The notes below the pieces were generated by a model. That model was not told the DNA's origin. It saw nothing but the letters and a program-made list of their open reading frames with translations, and ran no database searches. DNA of 47,017 nt from Ginglymostoma cirratum (taxonomy: Eukaryota): contig JAHRHZ010000002.1 in the NCBI GenBank assembly GCA_024137785.1, positions 20,782,881 through 20,829,897 on the forward strand, in the 5' to 3' direction. The stretch's first letter is position 1; every line of letters begins with the position of its first letter. A program made the position numbers and the translations under genes. Shown here piece after piece: positions 45,750-47,017 of the stretch.

Positions 45750-46705
45750 AGCTAAATTATCAGGCAGCTGGCTGAACTTCCAGTACGGGGTGAGCAAGAA
45801 CATTCTCTCCAATTAAATATTGGGAAGACCAAACCCATTGTTTTCAGTTCCACTCCAAACACAGTTCCTGAGTCACCAGCTCCTTCTGTCACCTTGACGA
45901 CAGTCTTGGATAATGCCAGTGTGCTCACAATATGACCTGAAGGTGAGATTCCAAGCAACTCTCACCAAGGCTGCCTAATTCCACCTCACTCTGTTTTTCA
46001 CCACCGGGCCAGGAATCATGAAGTCAAATAAAACATCAAGTGGGCTTCCTCTCAAAGTCTTGCGAGGATAATGGACATAGTCAGTCACTGGGATGAAATC
46101 CACTGATTCCACACTCATCTCAGCTCATCTGCTGTTGAAACCTTAATCCTTACAGTGGTGTCCTCTGGGCTCGATTATTTCAGTGCACTCCTGTCTAGTT
46201 CCCCCACATTCTATGCTTCATTAACCTGAGGTTGACCACAAAACTGCAAAGGGTCCTTTACTTGCAGTAAATCCTGTTGTCCCCTTGCCCCAGTTCTTGC
46301 TGACCTGCATTGACTCCCAGGTTTTAAAATTCTCATCATTGTTTTCAGATCCCTCCATCTGCCACCAACCCTTTCCACCTCTACATGCTCCCTTAGCCCC
46401 GTGAACCCCCCACCCCCCAACAAAATGTCTTTGTTCCTCTTATTCTGGCCTCTTGAAAGATGATATTGGTTTTAATTGCATCATCATTAGGGATCATGAA
46501 ATCAGAAGTCGTGGTCTCTCTTCCACCTCTAACCCCTCTGCCACATTTTCAAAAATTAAAATACCTCTTGAAATCCTGCTGAATGAATGAATGACCGTCT
46601 GACATCACCACCCAGATGTGCTAAATGCCGAATTTTGTACATTTGCAGTCCTGTGAAGTGCCTTTTGATCTTTTATTACATAAAACATGTTATATAAATT
46701 TGATT
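45750..46705 (+). mobile_element. Old L2 LINE 3' part
   Basis: LQLNIGKTKPIVF and LSSSAVETLI...LDY motifs, with an L2-like tail (tgtgaagtgcc...ttattacataaaa). Confidence 0.65.
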
Positions 46706-47017
46706 ATTTTAATCTTTGTGATCTTTTAAGAACTACACTGCATATTTTTTATTAAAACAGAAATGAATTTCCACAGCTGGGAAGTCTCCTCTGTTCTCCT
46801 GCATTCGCACTGAAACACAGCAGTTAGTTCAGTTCTTGGAAAAAGCAGCTTACTGATTCTCCAGGATTGATCCAAACTCTCCTGGAATTGGGATCCTGCA
46901 GACAGGGTGTGAAATAATTCATTGGGGTCATGTAAAGAATTGTTTTCAATCGACACTTTCATTCACTGGTTATGAAAATGTGGGAGATGCTTAACATCCA
47001 ATTGGCTGGCTGGAGAC

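Noticed and set aside
1-47017. CRISPR arrays, operons or other prokaryotic systems
   Set aside because: Spliceosomal introns and vertebrate retroelements occur throughout, and there is no repeat-spacer array.

Overview
Vertebrate genomic DNA, very probably from a cartilaginous fish (shark), judged from its repeats: HE1/V-SINE-like and DeuSINE-like SINEs, CR1/HER1-type and L2 LINEs, and Penelope-like elements. It holds two tandem + strand butyrophilin (BTN/BTNL)-family genes that the ORF track only partly shows. Gene 1 is 5'-partial (723-11590): IgC exon, TM exon, six micro-exons and a B30.2/PRY-SPRY exon. Gene 2 has a complete CDS (26280-44609; 11 coding exons, 1482 nt, 493 aa by my splicing): signal peptide, IgV, IgC, TM, six micro-exons and B30.2. 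Both genes share the same all-phase-1 architecture (120-nt TM exon, micro-exons of 27/27/21/21/27/27 nt) despite strongly diverged proteins. The main points of interest are: a conserved juxtamembrane tyrosine (ITT-like DYDNM in gene 1, EYEEL in gene 2); B30.2 domains lacking the basic phosphoantigen pocket; a candidate IRF/ETS/AP-1 promoter for gene 2; Penelope-derived repeats carrying minimal hammerhead-ribozyme cores, several arranged as hairpins; two ~90-bp local inverted duplications; and a solo LTR next to the IgV exon. Two 400-N gaps both begin inside Penelope repeats. All exon calls are by-eye predictions without transcript evidence.
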